From contig OZ076409.1 in assembly GCA_964187785.1 (NCBI GenBank), positions 41,356,001 through 41,420,000 of the forward strand: 64,000 nucleotides of DNA, given 5' to 3'. Origin of the DNA: Amphiscolops sp. MND2022. Its lineage: Eukaryota. Position 1 is the stretch's first letter. Every line of letters begins with the position of its first letter. This document shows positions 12,692 to 25,082 of this stretch, one piece after another. The position numbers and the translations under genes were made by a program. Under the pieces are notes generated by a model, which saw only the letters and a list, made by a program, of their open reading frames with translations, was not told the origin of the DNA and made no database searches.

Positions 12692-14564
12692 TCGTAAAAA
12701 TTCTGTTTAGAGTTAGGGAAAAATCAATTGTCGCAAACGTTGAACACCCCATTTAGGAAAAGATAATTGCTACGTGTCGCAACTGTACTATTGCGCTGGC
12801 CCCATGGAGCATCCCTAAAACCAGAACAGCATTCAGAGGTGAAACATCGAAACATTCTTTGCTTTGTAGACTGTTTTAATGAACAATTTGATGTCATTTA
12901 GTAGTTATAATTATTTGGATGTTTTTTTCGAAAGTCACAAACAATGATTAATCATTTGTACCAAATTAATTGCTTTCATAATCTGCGCAAAGAATCATCA
13001 ACGTTGCTATCTGTGATAATATTTAAGATTGTTTGTATTATGCGTCACTAATCGTGTAGAGCTACAATGAATGAGCGCAAATGTGCATTTCCATTGTGCA
13101 CGTTATGCTGAGTCATACATGAAAATATAATAAGAGTATACGTTGTTAAGCGTTTTTGAGCCAGTAGTAGCATGCAATGACACGTGTCACTGAAGTTTAT
13201 TTATGCCTCATCACGCATAGTATAACGTATACACGACATCATGCAGTGAATGAGTATGCAGTAATACGCGGTTGGTGAAACAACGCATAAACGTAAACAT
13301 ACGTTTTTTGTTTATACGCTATTGTACATGTTCTCAACGCGTGTTAAAGCGGTGATATGCGTTTTTGGCCCTTAAGGATGAGTGCTATCGCCTATATTGG
13401 TATATACGTCATCCGACCTTCCACTTAACATTGATTATACGCTAATAAGCATAAATCCGTATACCGCTTTCGCGTAAACATACATTATCTCTGGAAACCC
13501 TGGATTTAGTTGTTTTGAACGTCATGTATCTACAAATTTGTACACCATAAAAAGGATAACATCTTTTGACGTAATTCTTTTTATATCTAGATGGGGAAAA
13601 TGACTCTCTGAAAAGAACGTGTCATGGAAAACTTTTTTTCTAGGATAACCACTGTAGTAAACAACCTTCCACTTCACAAATAATCCTCACCTAAAACAGT
13701 TGCCAAATAACCCTACAGTGTATTTGTAAAGATTTTGCTCTGGATACATTTCATATCTCTCTCTACATTTTTATTTCTCCTCCAGTTGGAATTTACAATT
13801 TACTCTCATCTATAATTGTGAATGATAGTAAAGTTTCGACGAATCGATGCACTATTGAGGAAAATATCGATGCACTATGACATGATATTTATGAATGAAA
13901 TATATGTTTTAGTTTGCATGTATAATCTAAGGCATTTGACGTCTAGTTAGGCTAGTGTTCTTTTCTCATTTAATAATTTCATGCATATTGTTTGACTGAA
14001 TCAGTTTTTCCCGGCTTGTGGCGACTGAATGTCCCCGTCGTTAATTCCATTCTTGCAATTGGGCATGACAGATACATGTGCCGCAAAAGTGAACTATATC
14101 ATTCAGTGTAAAGTGTTTTTTCCGTAAAACGAGAGCGAACCGTATTCTAGTCAAATAGTGCACCGTGTTTATTGCGGATTGTGATGCACAGTGTAATAAG
14201 AAATTGCGCATGGTAAACATGCAGCGTGATTGTGTAAAGTAGTCATTTCCTGTATTATGATCACTACGCCTAACGCTAAATCACACAAGCAAATGTGTGT
14301 AACAAGCAAAACAGGTAACGCGTCCTTGAAATAATAACGCGTTTTTATTGGCTGTTAATCGAACTAGCAAGGTCTTGCTAGTTCGTTGCGCTATATGTAT
14401 CGTAATGTAAGTTTTCAAAAGTGTTTTCCCTTCTCCCATAGCTTTTAAAATTTCGTATTTCTAAGGAACAAAGAAAATCTTAGTTTTTGTCGCGGTCTTT
14501 TTTATTTTTCCACGACAGTGTCTACCAAAACAATTCTATAACTAAGTTCATTTCAATTTTTTTT

Positions 14565-14790
14565 GTGGCACCTGGTCTAGTGGTTAACGCGGAATTCCAG
14601 GCCTCGTGACATGGCTTGAAAAGCAGCAGTACGCGGGTTTGAGTTCCGATCCGGACCAAAATTTATGAACCAAGCAAAATAATTGAGCACTATTGCTCGT
14701 TTCGGCAATCTAGGCTACAAAGGGTAGCGTGTTGCTATTATTAGACCACAACTTTATACACTGTCAAGGTGCGCTTAGGGCTTGCCAATT
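14565..14790 (+). mobile_element. tRNA-derived SINE-like element
   Basis: A-box TGGTCTAGTGG (14573-14583) and B-box-like GGTTTGAGTTCC (14636-14647) with no complete cloverleaf. The body motif AAAGGGTAGCGT recurs inverted at ~52400. Confidence 0.5.
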
Positions 14791-14936
14791 GAGCTTTTTC
14801 TAACGTTACCGGAGTTTTTTTGGCCTCTTATCGGTTCCTCAGTCAGCTTTCAAACTCGTTCGTTTTGCCAAAATCGGAAACTTCAGAAAGAGCAGGGACG
14901 TTCCCAATTGCTACGTTGAATTTGAAAGAAAGTTTC

Positions 14937-16343
14937 TGTGATAATCCTCTTCTATGTCAGAGTTTTCGTTATTAGATGAGCGAACTCCTATAGACTTGGT
15001 TGTTTTGGATCCCGAAGGCTGTGGATCTTGTATTTCGTTGAAACCTGACCTTGGGTTTGTCATTGTTGATGCGGTTTTATTGATTTAACCTCTTCCAATA
15101 TCGCCTCAAGCTTGCTATCCATTCCATTTCTCATTTTCTCGATTTTATTGTCATTCTTTTGTTCCATTATTTGAGTCCATACTTGAATTTCACTGTTGAG
15201 TAAGCTGGGCTCAGTTAATTGATTTATAGAGCTGTTTTCACCCAAACCTTCTTGATCATTAACATTAGAATTAGTTAAAGTCGCATTACCTGGGTTTGGT
15301 GTTTCTACCTGTGTTTCGCTCATTTCTCTGCCATGGGATGGTGTTTTCAATCTCCTGGATCTTCTGTTTCTCTTATTTCCCATCTTGCTCAAGCGAAAAG
15401 GTGTATTTTGATTGTTGGGGAAGAATTTGAATTGTTTGAAAATATTTCAAATTCCAAAAGATTTTAACGGAAAACAAAGCAAATGTTGAAGGAAACTGCT
15501 TCTACAGTATTGTCAAAATGATGATTTTAGCAACTGATCGTAATGAGGGTCAAAATTGGAATGATTCCCGATGTTAGAGTTACTTTACTTTAAAAAACTG
15601 AGTGCATGACACTCCTTTTTAGAGGAATCACGCTAACCTGGGAAGCAGAAATAGAATAGCATCATCATTACGTCAGGATATTTATATCACATTCGAAACT
15701 GATGATTAGGTCCTAGAAAACCCTGGAAAACTGCATTAAAGACTTTCAAGCGCGTACTCGCAAATATAATTGAAATGTATAACACCACAGCTTATTTTAA
15801 ATGCTCATTATGCTAAAAACGTATACTGACGAGTATACGTCACTTATCAAACTGCGGGATACTGCATAGTGGTAGTCCGCATAGTGACGAGTAATCATCA
15901 GGTATCAAACTGTAGAGTGCCGCATAGTTCAACTAAAAAAAACTGCATGATTGCGATTTTTCAACAAAGCTCAAAACGTATAATGACGCATAGTCATCAG
16001 CACAAATGTTCATTTGATGGTGTTGTATTCAAAAATGATACTATTACGTAATCAATTAATCATCCGGTGATCTTTTTGGGGAGATTGTTTTATGTTTTAA
16101 CTAATTTTAGACCGTCGGTGGTGCATAGAACAAACTTATCACGGAGAAGATTGTTAAAGATTTACTTGGCATCTTTCAAAATGACAAATCAAATAAATGA
16201 CTCCCAATTAAACTGTTTACACAAGCTTTTCGAGAAGGAATCGGGTGGTTAGTGTTAGTTTTATTCATCAAGGTGAGAGCTTTCTCTGTTCTTCTTCACT
16301 CACTGCTGCACTTCGGACCCAGCACAGCTGACAGGCTGAGACA
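14937..16343 (-). repeat. 3' LTR (1407 bp, with a short deletion near its U5 end)
   Basis: Colinear with 26195-27732, and homology stops exactly at the TG and CA termini. Confidence 0.93.
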
Positions 16344-17360
16344 GTCGCGCTCTTTTGAAGATCAACAGGCAGCCTCAAACCCGTCGATGAACGCACGTGA
16401 CCTGACCCCACGATCTCTCACTGTCTCCCTGTCGTAGACGGTGGCTGTTAGGTAATTCCCCAAAGTCTCAAGGGCGACTTGATCTTATGTTTTTCCACAT
16501 TGGCTACATTTCCGGCTACATTTGGCATTACTGTAGGGAAAAGCCGGAAGTTTCATCTAACGTCGATTGGGATAAACAACACATTCGGACTATGTACCAC
16601 ATGAAAAGGAAAGCCCCATTGCACACCTGGGTAGATCGGAGGGTTGGGTTCCTGTAGGGTGTCAGGTCCTCCTCTGGATTGCAAGTGAATTATCAGAGGG
16701 GTCATGTTGGCAGCTGCAGAATTTTTGGGCACCCCTCCAAATGTTGGCATGGCGTGAGTGTCTGCAGTCTCCATATTGTACACTTGGCTGACATTGGAAT
16801 CTTGACCATTCTGCGCATTTTTTTGTTGTGGGCGAAATGCTGACGCTTCCGGTTTGTAGACCTGTGGATAAGTAGGTGGTACCGTACTAACACCGCCTGC
16901 CTGTATGCTGTTCATACGCGGAGTGGGAAGGATTACTGCAGTTGGGCGGCCATAACTGTTCACTCTCATGTTGTTCAGGCCGTCTCCTTTGAGTTCCTCC
17001 GATGATTCGTTAACCTCCTCAAATTCACTGACAACAAATGACGTGAGCGAAGCAGGGCTCAAAACCCTGCTCTCCTCGATCAGCTGCAAAAGTTCTTGTT
17101 CAATGCCAGTTCCAGCAGTATCTATGACTTGCCATGCAAGATGGGGTCATTGTTCTACGGAAAAAGCATCGCTGTTGCTGTCCCCATGAAGGTAGTCATG
17201 ACATCATGGGTCGTTTGGTTGACACTTAATCGCTCCTCCAGCTGTGGCATATTCCCGGGTTCGACCAATAACTCGTCTCCAGAGTTGCTCGAATTATATC
17301 TATCACGTCCGGTGATATTGGGGAATAGAGGGAATCCTCTTCCAGGATGAATTGCAGGCT
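16296..17360 (-). pseudogene. Sense-strand accessory ORF of unknown function (~350 codons, decayed), ending inside U3
   Basis: ORF 16553-17089 extends on both sides through a few stops and frameshifts (…RGFPLFPNITGRDR… to …VALETLGNYLTATVYDRETVRDRGVRSRAFIDGFEAAC*SSKERDCLSLSAVLGPKCSSE*). No env-like signal peptide or TM segment seen. Confidence 0.6.
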
Positions 17361-18219
17361 ACTCAATATTTTAAATTGTCAGGAAAATATTAGACAAAGT
17401 TTTATTTTGCTGAAGAAAAGAAAGTTTTTTTGTTTAGGCGACTGTATTGCAGTTTCACAAAGACCATATGGTGAGGGGTCTTGGAGTCCCTTTCGTTTAG
17501 GGGTAAAAGTCGCGAAAAAAATTGCTTGTCATCCTCTGATCTTCTCAATTCCCTCATAGGGGTTTTACGGGGTTGCTGATCACGAGTTTTAACGGCACCA
17601 AGCCATAAAAATATTCCATATTAGGTATTCAACCTTTCTTCATCACTTTACTTCCACACTTCAGCGTTCTTCACACTGTTTCATCGAAGTTTTGAATGAT
17701 ACGTAAACAATTTTAGCCTAACATCAAAGCGAAAGAAATGAAAAAGGGGTTTACGAAATTTTTCAAGATACAAAGACAAAAATATATTTATCCGAATTTG
17801 CATGACTGGAAGTAGAAAATGCAAATCATTAAAAGAAGGTTCACATTAGTTGAAACCGGCTTTATACAGGCTTTAAATGCAAGAAGCATTTTGTTTTGTT
17901 GTAGTCCTGCACTTGAAAAGTGCGTAGGGTTCTATTTTTCCAAATGATTTCTCTGAAACAAATGAAATTTGAAATGTAAATGCATAAAAATTGGTTTCTG
18001 ACTGAGATACCATATTGATAACCCATTGACAAAATAAATCACACTCAAAAGAACAACAAAGCCAAATATACTATGTATACCAGTAACATTAGGCGTTCAT
18101 TTGTATCAATTAACATGTAATTTCTTCAGTTTGTTACTAACAAAACGTAATTTTGATTCATTCACTCATTTCCATTCATTACCAATATTCATCTATCTTT
18201 TTGAACACACACAGCGAAA

Positions 18220-18620
18220 ACCGCAGGATGCCGAGTATGCGTCACTACTCGATCCGCATACTGTCGCATAGTCTTCAGTTGGCAATTCCGCACACTGCCG
18301 CATACTCGTCACTGCAGTTCCGCATACTTCCGCATACTCGTCACTAGTCAATCCGCATACTGCCGCAAACTCTCGCGTAGTAAATCGTTCCAATTGCTTG
18401 ACATTAATGTATTCGTGTGTATTCTCACGTCCAAAGGTATGATGAGTCAATCAATCACGCTGGCAGACGTGATTGACATTTTATTAGCCAATCAGATTAC
18501 AGGATTTGCGCAAACTTGTCTCATTTGCCTTTTTGCCTTGTTTCGTTATGCCACGCTTTTTGTATTGTCTCATTCATCAAGCTGTCATATAGTCAAGGCA
18601 GTATATCAGTCCAGAGTTAA
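18220..18620. promoter_or_regulatory. Putative internal (divergent) promoter with CCGCATAC motif array, CCAAT box and Inr-like TCAGT
   Basis: Eight CCGCATAC-like motifs (18254-18370), AGCCAATCAG (~18487) and TCAGT (~18606), lying between two divergently oriented accessory ORFs. Confidence 0.55.
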
Positions 18621-18758
18621 AAAAACATTGCAGTTCAATCTACTCTTTTACCCTCTACCAATTTCAGATTTACTTTCAGATTTATTTAATTTAGTTGTGG
18701 ATTGTAGATTCTAGTTTTGATCACTTTCCATTATCCCATTCTTTACGTCGCTTTCGGG

Positions 18759-21602
18759 ATGGAGGCACACCAGGAACAGAACCCTTCTGGAAAGAGGAAA
18801 GCGCGAAAAGGACAACCACCTCAACATCTTGGCGGAGGGAGAGAATATAATCTGTCTTTCTGGTCTGATCCAGGCAAGTTCAACTTTTAGTATAATTTTA
18901 TTTTAGTCCATTTGGAGAATTTTTGGTTTTCTGAGTTGGCCAGACTCATAAGTGAAAATGATCCGTGAATCTTCAGATCAATTTCAGATTTTTTGAACGC
19001 TTCCGTTTCTATCTTCTGAGTGGCCTCCGGTTTTTTATTCATTTTCTGTCACTGCGTCCGCTTTCAGTCAATTTAAACGGCTTCCACTTGCTCATATTTG
19101 TTTTGGTAATCGGATGATTTGTTTCAGTTGAACTAGGAACCAGTGGATTATCCCCGATCCAATCTCCGATTAAGGTTTATACACCTCTGCAGACATCCTC
19201 TCCCAAATCTTCTACTGCTCCGATTGCACAAGAATCTCCTAGTGTTGCTCCGCTTCACATTCACGAAGAAGTTAGCGTAGAAACAGAAGCTGTGGACACC
19301 CCCTTGGTTGCTCCAACAACGACCCCAGTTGTTCATTAAGAATCTGTAGAGGAGAAAAACTTCGCTACGACTCCAGCTAATCCTAACCTAGAGGCGACTC
19401 CCACAGAAAACATGGAGGGCTCTTTTGATAACATTAGTCGTGAAATACTAGAGGACTTCATAGACCCTGAAACGGCTCAAGCGATTTCTTCACATTATAG
19501 TCAATACATCCTTCAAGCTGCTAACCCCGGGCTTGGACATGCGATGTCTCAGATCGCTGGTCAAAACGTGACACTTGATAGTGAGCTGTCAGCAATACCT
19601 TCAGATGACCAAGGTGGGTTCTGTACCGTTGTCATACCCGAGGATACCCATAGCAGTATCAACATTACCAGGAGAGAAACCCTTACACTAACCAGTGTTC
19701 TGGAACGAATCCCACAAGAGTATGTCCTTAGTGAGGAAACTGGTGTTGGACAAGCGTTGACACTTAATATTGTAAAAAACATAGAAACAGCTCCTCTCGT
19801 TGCAACATCTAGTCAAGAGGAAATGCGGCAACATGATTTCGTCCGATGTTCACCCAGATGAACCGCAAGACACTCAGCTGGGAGAGGGAAACGTCGTAGA
19901 CCAAAATATTCTTTGACTGGTGCAATGTTCAAAAAGCACCCATTTTTTGAGATTTCCTGCTACCGGGGCCATTGATAAAGACAAGAAGCCCCACAAATGG
20001 TGGTGTAGAGTATGCAGAGTTGAACTCTCTCTAACGAGTAAAGGTAGCCTTGAATTACTGTCTCACTACAAATCCGAGTCTCAATTAGTGAAAGAACACA
20101 GGATGCGCATGGAGAAACCTGGTATGACCCTCTTCGACAGAGAAGGGCGAGTGATCTACAGGATCCACTACAAGAGGCCAAGAAAAAGTCCAAAAACACG
20201 TACCCAATCGCTCCTCAGCTAGACGTATGTCGACCCCTCGTGGGACAAGAAAACGTTCCATACTTCAATGCAGTTAACAGTCCTACCGATAAAGTCCTTT
20301 CGCAAATTTGTATCCTCGAGCACGGACTCCGTCACGGAGGACACATCAGAAGTCTAACCGGTATCTATGATAAACTTTCACGGTTGGCTTCCAGCGGTCA
20401 GATGTGTGAACAAAATTGGAGTCGGCAAGGACTTTTAGTTAGTAACTCATTTTCAGTTGATAGTTTCCATTTTCCGTTCAAACTGTATCTCCTTCAGGAC
20501 AAAAACTTTGATAAGTGAATTTACTCTCAACCCCCTTGTTTAATCATAGGGTCCGGACATGTTCTGTTTGTTTCACAGGGAATTCTCGTCTACATGTTCC
20601 GAGAGTTGATTGGATATTGTGCCACTGAGATCACCACATTTGGGCACTACTCTCTCGCTTTACAACACACCCCAACAGCAACATACCTCATACTCAATTT
20701 CTGGTCTGGGAATGTATTACACCACGTTTGCTTGGGCAGTGCCCCTCGGGGGATGTTGCTACCAAGGAAAATTTTGGCCACAATTTCATCATTCGTTAGC
20801 CTTTTTGAAGAAGCATCATCATGTGTTGCTCATTTTGACTTCGGCGAGAAGCTGAGTGAATGTCTAACTAGCTGCCTCCCAGGGGAATAACAATCTGCCC
20901 TTGTCAGTACTTATGGGCCAGAGGAATTCGAAAAGAGCCTCGCGTTCCTGACTTCACAAATCATCGAGCGCCACGATGTTCGAACTATTTTAGACTTTCT
21001 CTTGATGAAGTTGAGAACAGCTTTGGACCGAGATTGGCTGAAGAAGTTACCACTACTGTACAAAGTAACTAATTTACCATACTAACTTTGGTTATATGCT
21101 CAGGTCCCCTTTATGTGATTCTTCCTTTTCTTTTAGAGTGTAATTCGCGTGGAGTATTCTCTTCAAGATGCGTCATCAATCATAGAAGCCCTATCTAACA
21201 ACTGGGACCATGTACCTGACCACCTCAATCAAGTTGCGAGGCTACCGAGATCCCAAATCAGTAAGCCGGGTTTTCCGCCTCTTGGGCCGTGGGGCTGACT
21301 TGTTGGCAGATTGGAAGTTCTCTGTCTGGAACTTCATGAGAGGAAGTGGTGTTCGGAGAACGGCCTTATTGGAAAAACTTGAGACTGGGTACCGTAAGGC
21401 GGTTTTGCAACATGATAAGTCGATTATTTCATCAACTTCAACAACCCCTAGTGTCAGCAGGATGGGTAGTGTGAACAGTTCCCCTTCTGCGGATCCTAGT
21501 CTGAGCAGGATTAATGTACCCCTTGTTCGCTGTTCCACTTTTTCAGTTGAAGATACCGTCAAGGGGGCCTACTCCAAACTTGCAAAAAGCAAGCAAAACT
21601 AA
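18759..21602 (+). pseudogene. Antisense four-exon accessory gene (~790 aa): low-complexity N-terminus, BED-like zinc finger, hAT-transposase-like body
   Basis: Exons 18759-18873, 19128-20437, 20579-21064, 21137-21602. Introns GCAAGT..TTTCAG, GTTAGT..TCACAG and GTAACT..TTTTAG all preserve phase. Contains KWWCRVCRVELSL..GSLELLSHYKSESQLVKEH. A few stops (19337, 20888) and frameshifts. Confidence 0.8.
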
Positions 21603-21789
21603 ATGTGGATTGTAGTATATAACTGATTACTGTTTTCTTTTTGTTCTTTGGTTTGTTTAGTCTTGGATCATCGTATTCATTTTGATGAAACAATCTTTTG
21701 TGATTAAAGAAATGAAAACTGTAATGGGTTGAAGTGTATATCAAAAAATAGGAGGTGAAGAGATACGACTCTGCTGCAATTCTTTTTAA

Positions 21790-24700
21790 TATCGGAAAGA
21801 GTCAGAGTAGTTTGGGTTGGGATTTGGACGTAAATTGTAATTTCCACCACAGGTGTTTATGGATTCTTCTTGCAATGGGGTATTTTGGTCATCATCACTA
21901 GTTTGTTGTGGATTTTCATCTGCATGAATTTCATGGTTGTGATCTGGTTCAGTGGTCTGTTCCACTCGGCTCCCCCACTATTTTGTCAAATTTCGCGGGA
22001 GGGAGGGTGGTTATGTTCGGGTTCTCCAATTGGTAGGTATTCAATATCTCCTACTTTTTGTGAATACTCTGGGGGTTATCCTCAAACGTGTTAGGACCAA
22101 AATTTGTATTCCAAGATTGTGCGTATAGATCATCATGGTCTATGGGCATTTGATTGTCTTTTTGCCAGTCTGTTTCTTGGACAAAAATATCCGCTAAAGG
22201 AGATTGTGGTGTAAATTTTCGTATACAAATTCGGTGCAGCAGTTGGGTTTTTCTGGTTCCAAGTCTTCTAACTGTGTAATTATTGTTAGGAAGCACTTTT
22301 TTCGACTTTGTATGGCCCTTGCCATTTGAATTCCCGAAAAAGTATTTTTGTTTCTTGAGTATCTGCTTTCGGGTTTAAGATGTAGCAATAATCCGTTGTT
22401 TCAAGAGGAGAAGCTTTTGCAATATTATGCAATAATAAACAATAATAGGCTTTGTATTTGAGATAGGATTGCATTATATTCTTTTTCGTTTGGTCAAGAA
22501 GTACCTTCATGCGTCTCTGTATTTCTTCTGCTAAATCTGTTTGTGGTAGATATTTTGGATTAGGGTTGTATCCAAGTTTGTAATCGACTATGTTATATGG
22601 TATTCTCCCATGAAAAACTCGTGAAGGTTCACAACCTAATGATGCATGGTAGGTTGCGTTGTGATTTAGTAATGCTAAAGGGAGATATTTGTGCCAATTG
22701 TGCCGAAACTCTCCCGTTGCTGCTTTAAGTTAAGTTTTTACGGAAGCATGTGTTCTTTCTAGGATTCCAAGTCTTTGAAGAGTTTGAAAAACGGTGATAA
22801 TCGTTCAGAGAGTTTCGAAATGTACTTGCGGTAATAGTTTAAGAATCCTATATACCGTTGAAGTGCTTTTTTGGGTTTGGGAAAATTCAGTTTTGACAAG
22901 AAATCTTTGACTTTGTCGGCTTGCGGGGCGACACCTTCAGGTGTGATTGTACGGCCCAAGAAGTCGACTTGTTTAACTCCGAAGTGACATTTGACATCAT
23001 TAGTTTCAATCCAGCATTTCGGATACATTCAAACACAGTCCTGATGTTTGCACATAGTTGTTTTGCATCGTTTGCTGCATATCCAATGTCGTCTACATAT
23101 TGTGCTCATTGATCGGCTTTATTGGCTTTATCAAGAAACTCTCTCATGGAACTTGAAAATGCCGAGAGCGATTTGCTCAACCCTTGTGCAAGTCTGCGGT
23201 AAGCAAAGGTTCGGCTTGCAAAATTGAAAGCAAGCATTTGAATGTATTGATAATCAGCCATTTGAAGGCAATGGTAAGCCTGGGAGCAGTTTAGCTTGCA
23301 AAAAAGCTTCTTTCCTGCCATGTGTTGTGCTGCATCCGATAAGGTGCTCACCGGGTGGTTGTTATTGATGTAGTTTTCTGTGATTAAGTTGTTGATCGTT
23401 CTGAGGTAGACTAGAAGTCTAAGACGTCCCTTGGGTTTTCGTTGAGCGAAGATAGGACTAGCGTTTTTTGAAAATGGTAGAGTGGTTATGATTCCATATT
23501 TATGTAGAAGAGCAAGTTCTACTGTAATGTCGTCTTTGAGATTGATTGGTGTTGGTAGGTTTTGACTATATGCTGGTCTATCGTCGTTTGGTGTGCGTTT
23601 GACTTTGAATTCACGGTTTGTGCCGATGTCAAAACGATGTCTAGCGAAAATGTCGTGAAACTCCATGAGTATTTCTTCAATTTGTTGTCGTTGTTCTCGA
23701 CTGAGCGTTGTGTCAGACCAGTCAAAGTTTGAAAGAAATGATTCCTTCGATGTTTCGCTGTCTTGGGGATTGAGTTTCTCAAGTTGTTCGAGTTCTAGAA
23801 GTTCTGTGTAAATTCTTTGTTGTATTGGGGTATACGTTGTAGGATCTCCCGGATCTTCTGGTGTTGGGAACCAATATGATTCTTGTTCTGAGTTTTGAGA
23901 AGGAACTTTTAAAAGTTCATTTATGTAGATCTCGGTTGTATCTTCATGTTGTATCATGAAAGATAGCATCGCTGGATCCACCGGCTGTATATGTTTGATT
24001 TGTTCTGGGGTGAGGATTTTGGAATCTGCTAGATGTGTATCACAAATTATCGTGTACGGGAGTTCAGAGAAATTGAATATTTGGTACCCGTAAGCATTGT
24101 TGTTTACTGTACTGAGGGACGATGTGATGAAAATACTATCGTTGTGTTCGAATTGAGTTGAAGGTGTGACTATTCTTGTTGCGTCATGGTCCAACAGGTG
24201 TTGAATTCTGCTCGCAATGGCGAGGGTTTCGCCTGGTGGCATTGTAAATGTGCTTTCCGCAAACAGTGGGGTTGCTTGTCGTATTGCTATTTGAGTGTCA
24301 AGTTTGAGTTGCATTGACAGGTATGGGAAAGTCAAGATGCCGTGGGTGACATCAAAAATTGCATTATTTCTGCGGAGAAAGCAGAGACCAGTTAAAGGTT
24401 TGCGTAAATTTTTCATAATGATGAAATTCTCTCGTAACATGAAATCAGCTACTTCAAATTCTAAAACTACTGTGCCGATTGGAACTTCGAGTTGTCCATT
24501 GGCCACCATAATTTGTCGGTGGGCCAGTTTTTTTTATTGATTCATTGGCAAGTAGTTTGATTTTTTTCAAGACTTGCTCAGGGATTGCACTTGTCAGGGC
24601 TCCTGTATTGATGATTCCATCGGATGTGAGATTTTAGAAGTCCATCAGCATATATTACATATGACGTTTGCGTTTCAATGTTAGAGAGGTTGAAAACGGT

Positions 24701-25047
24701 AAGTAAGACAAGTTACGTTCCTTGTCGAACTGTATGTGATTAGCAATATCATTGTCCAAAAGGGGTTGTTTGCTTTCATTGCAAGAAGAATTTGTTGTTT
24801 CACAAGTATTTGTGATTGTGTTGTGGTGAATTTTTGGTGTTACGTCCTTATTTGGGCTCTGTGTTTTATGTGGGTTTGTGAAGTAATTGTCTGATGCATT
24901 GCTCAGGAGTTCGTAGAGGGACTCCTGGGGGATGTGTTGTTCGGTTGTTTGTGGTGTAGTTGAAGGTGAGTTGGGTTCAGTCGTCAGTTGTTTGAGTTTT
25001 ATGCTTATAGAATCCACTTGATGCTGCCAGTCGTCTTGTGGTTTCAA
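21790..25047 (-). pseudogene. pol: pol (protease, RT, integrase C-terminal half); RNase H and integrase N-terminus deleted at ~22770
   Basis: DGIINTGALTSAIP (protease, D to N); ASPIFAQRK, LFCKLNCSQAYH, YRRLAQGL, YVDDIG, VDFLGRTIT (RT). The frame then jumps to ERTHAS..NWHKYLPLALL (integrase) and ends YNLRPNPNPNYSD. Confidence 0.93.
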
Positions 25048-25082
25048 TGGTTCTTCAATTGTATTTGTAAGGCGTGGCGTTT

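Noticed and set aside
14565..14660. tRNA gene
   Set aside because: A and B boxes are present but there is no convincing acceptor or anticodon stem; treated as a SINE head.
16553..17089. env gene in the usual 3' position
   Set aside because: No signal peptide, furin site, Cys pattern or TM anchor visible.
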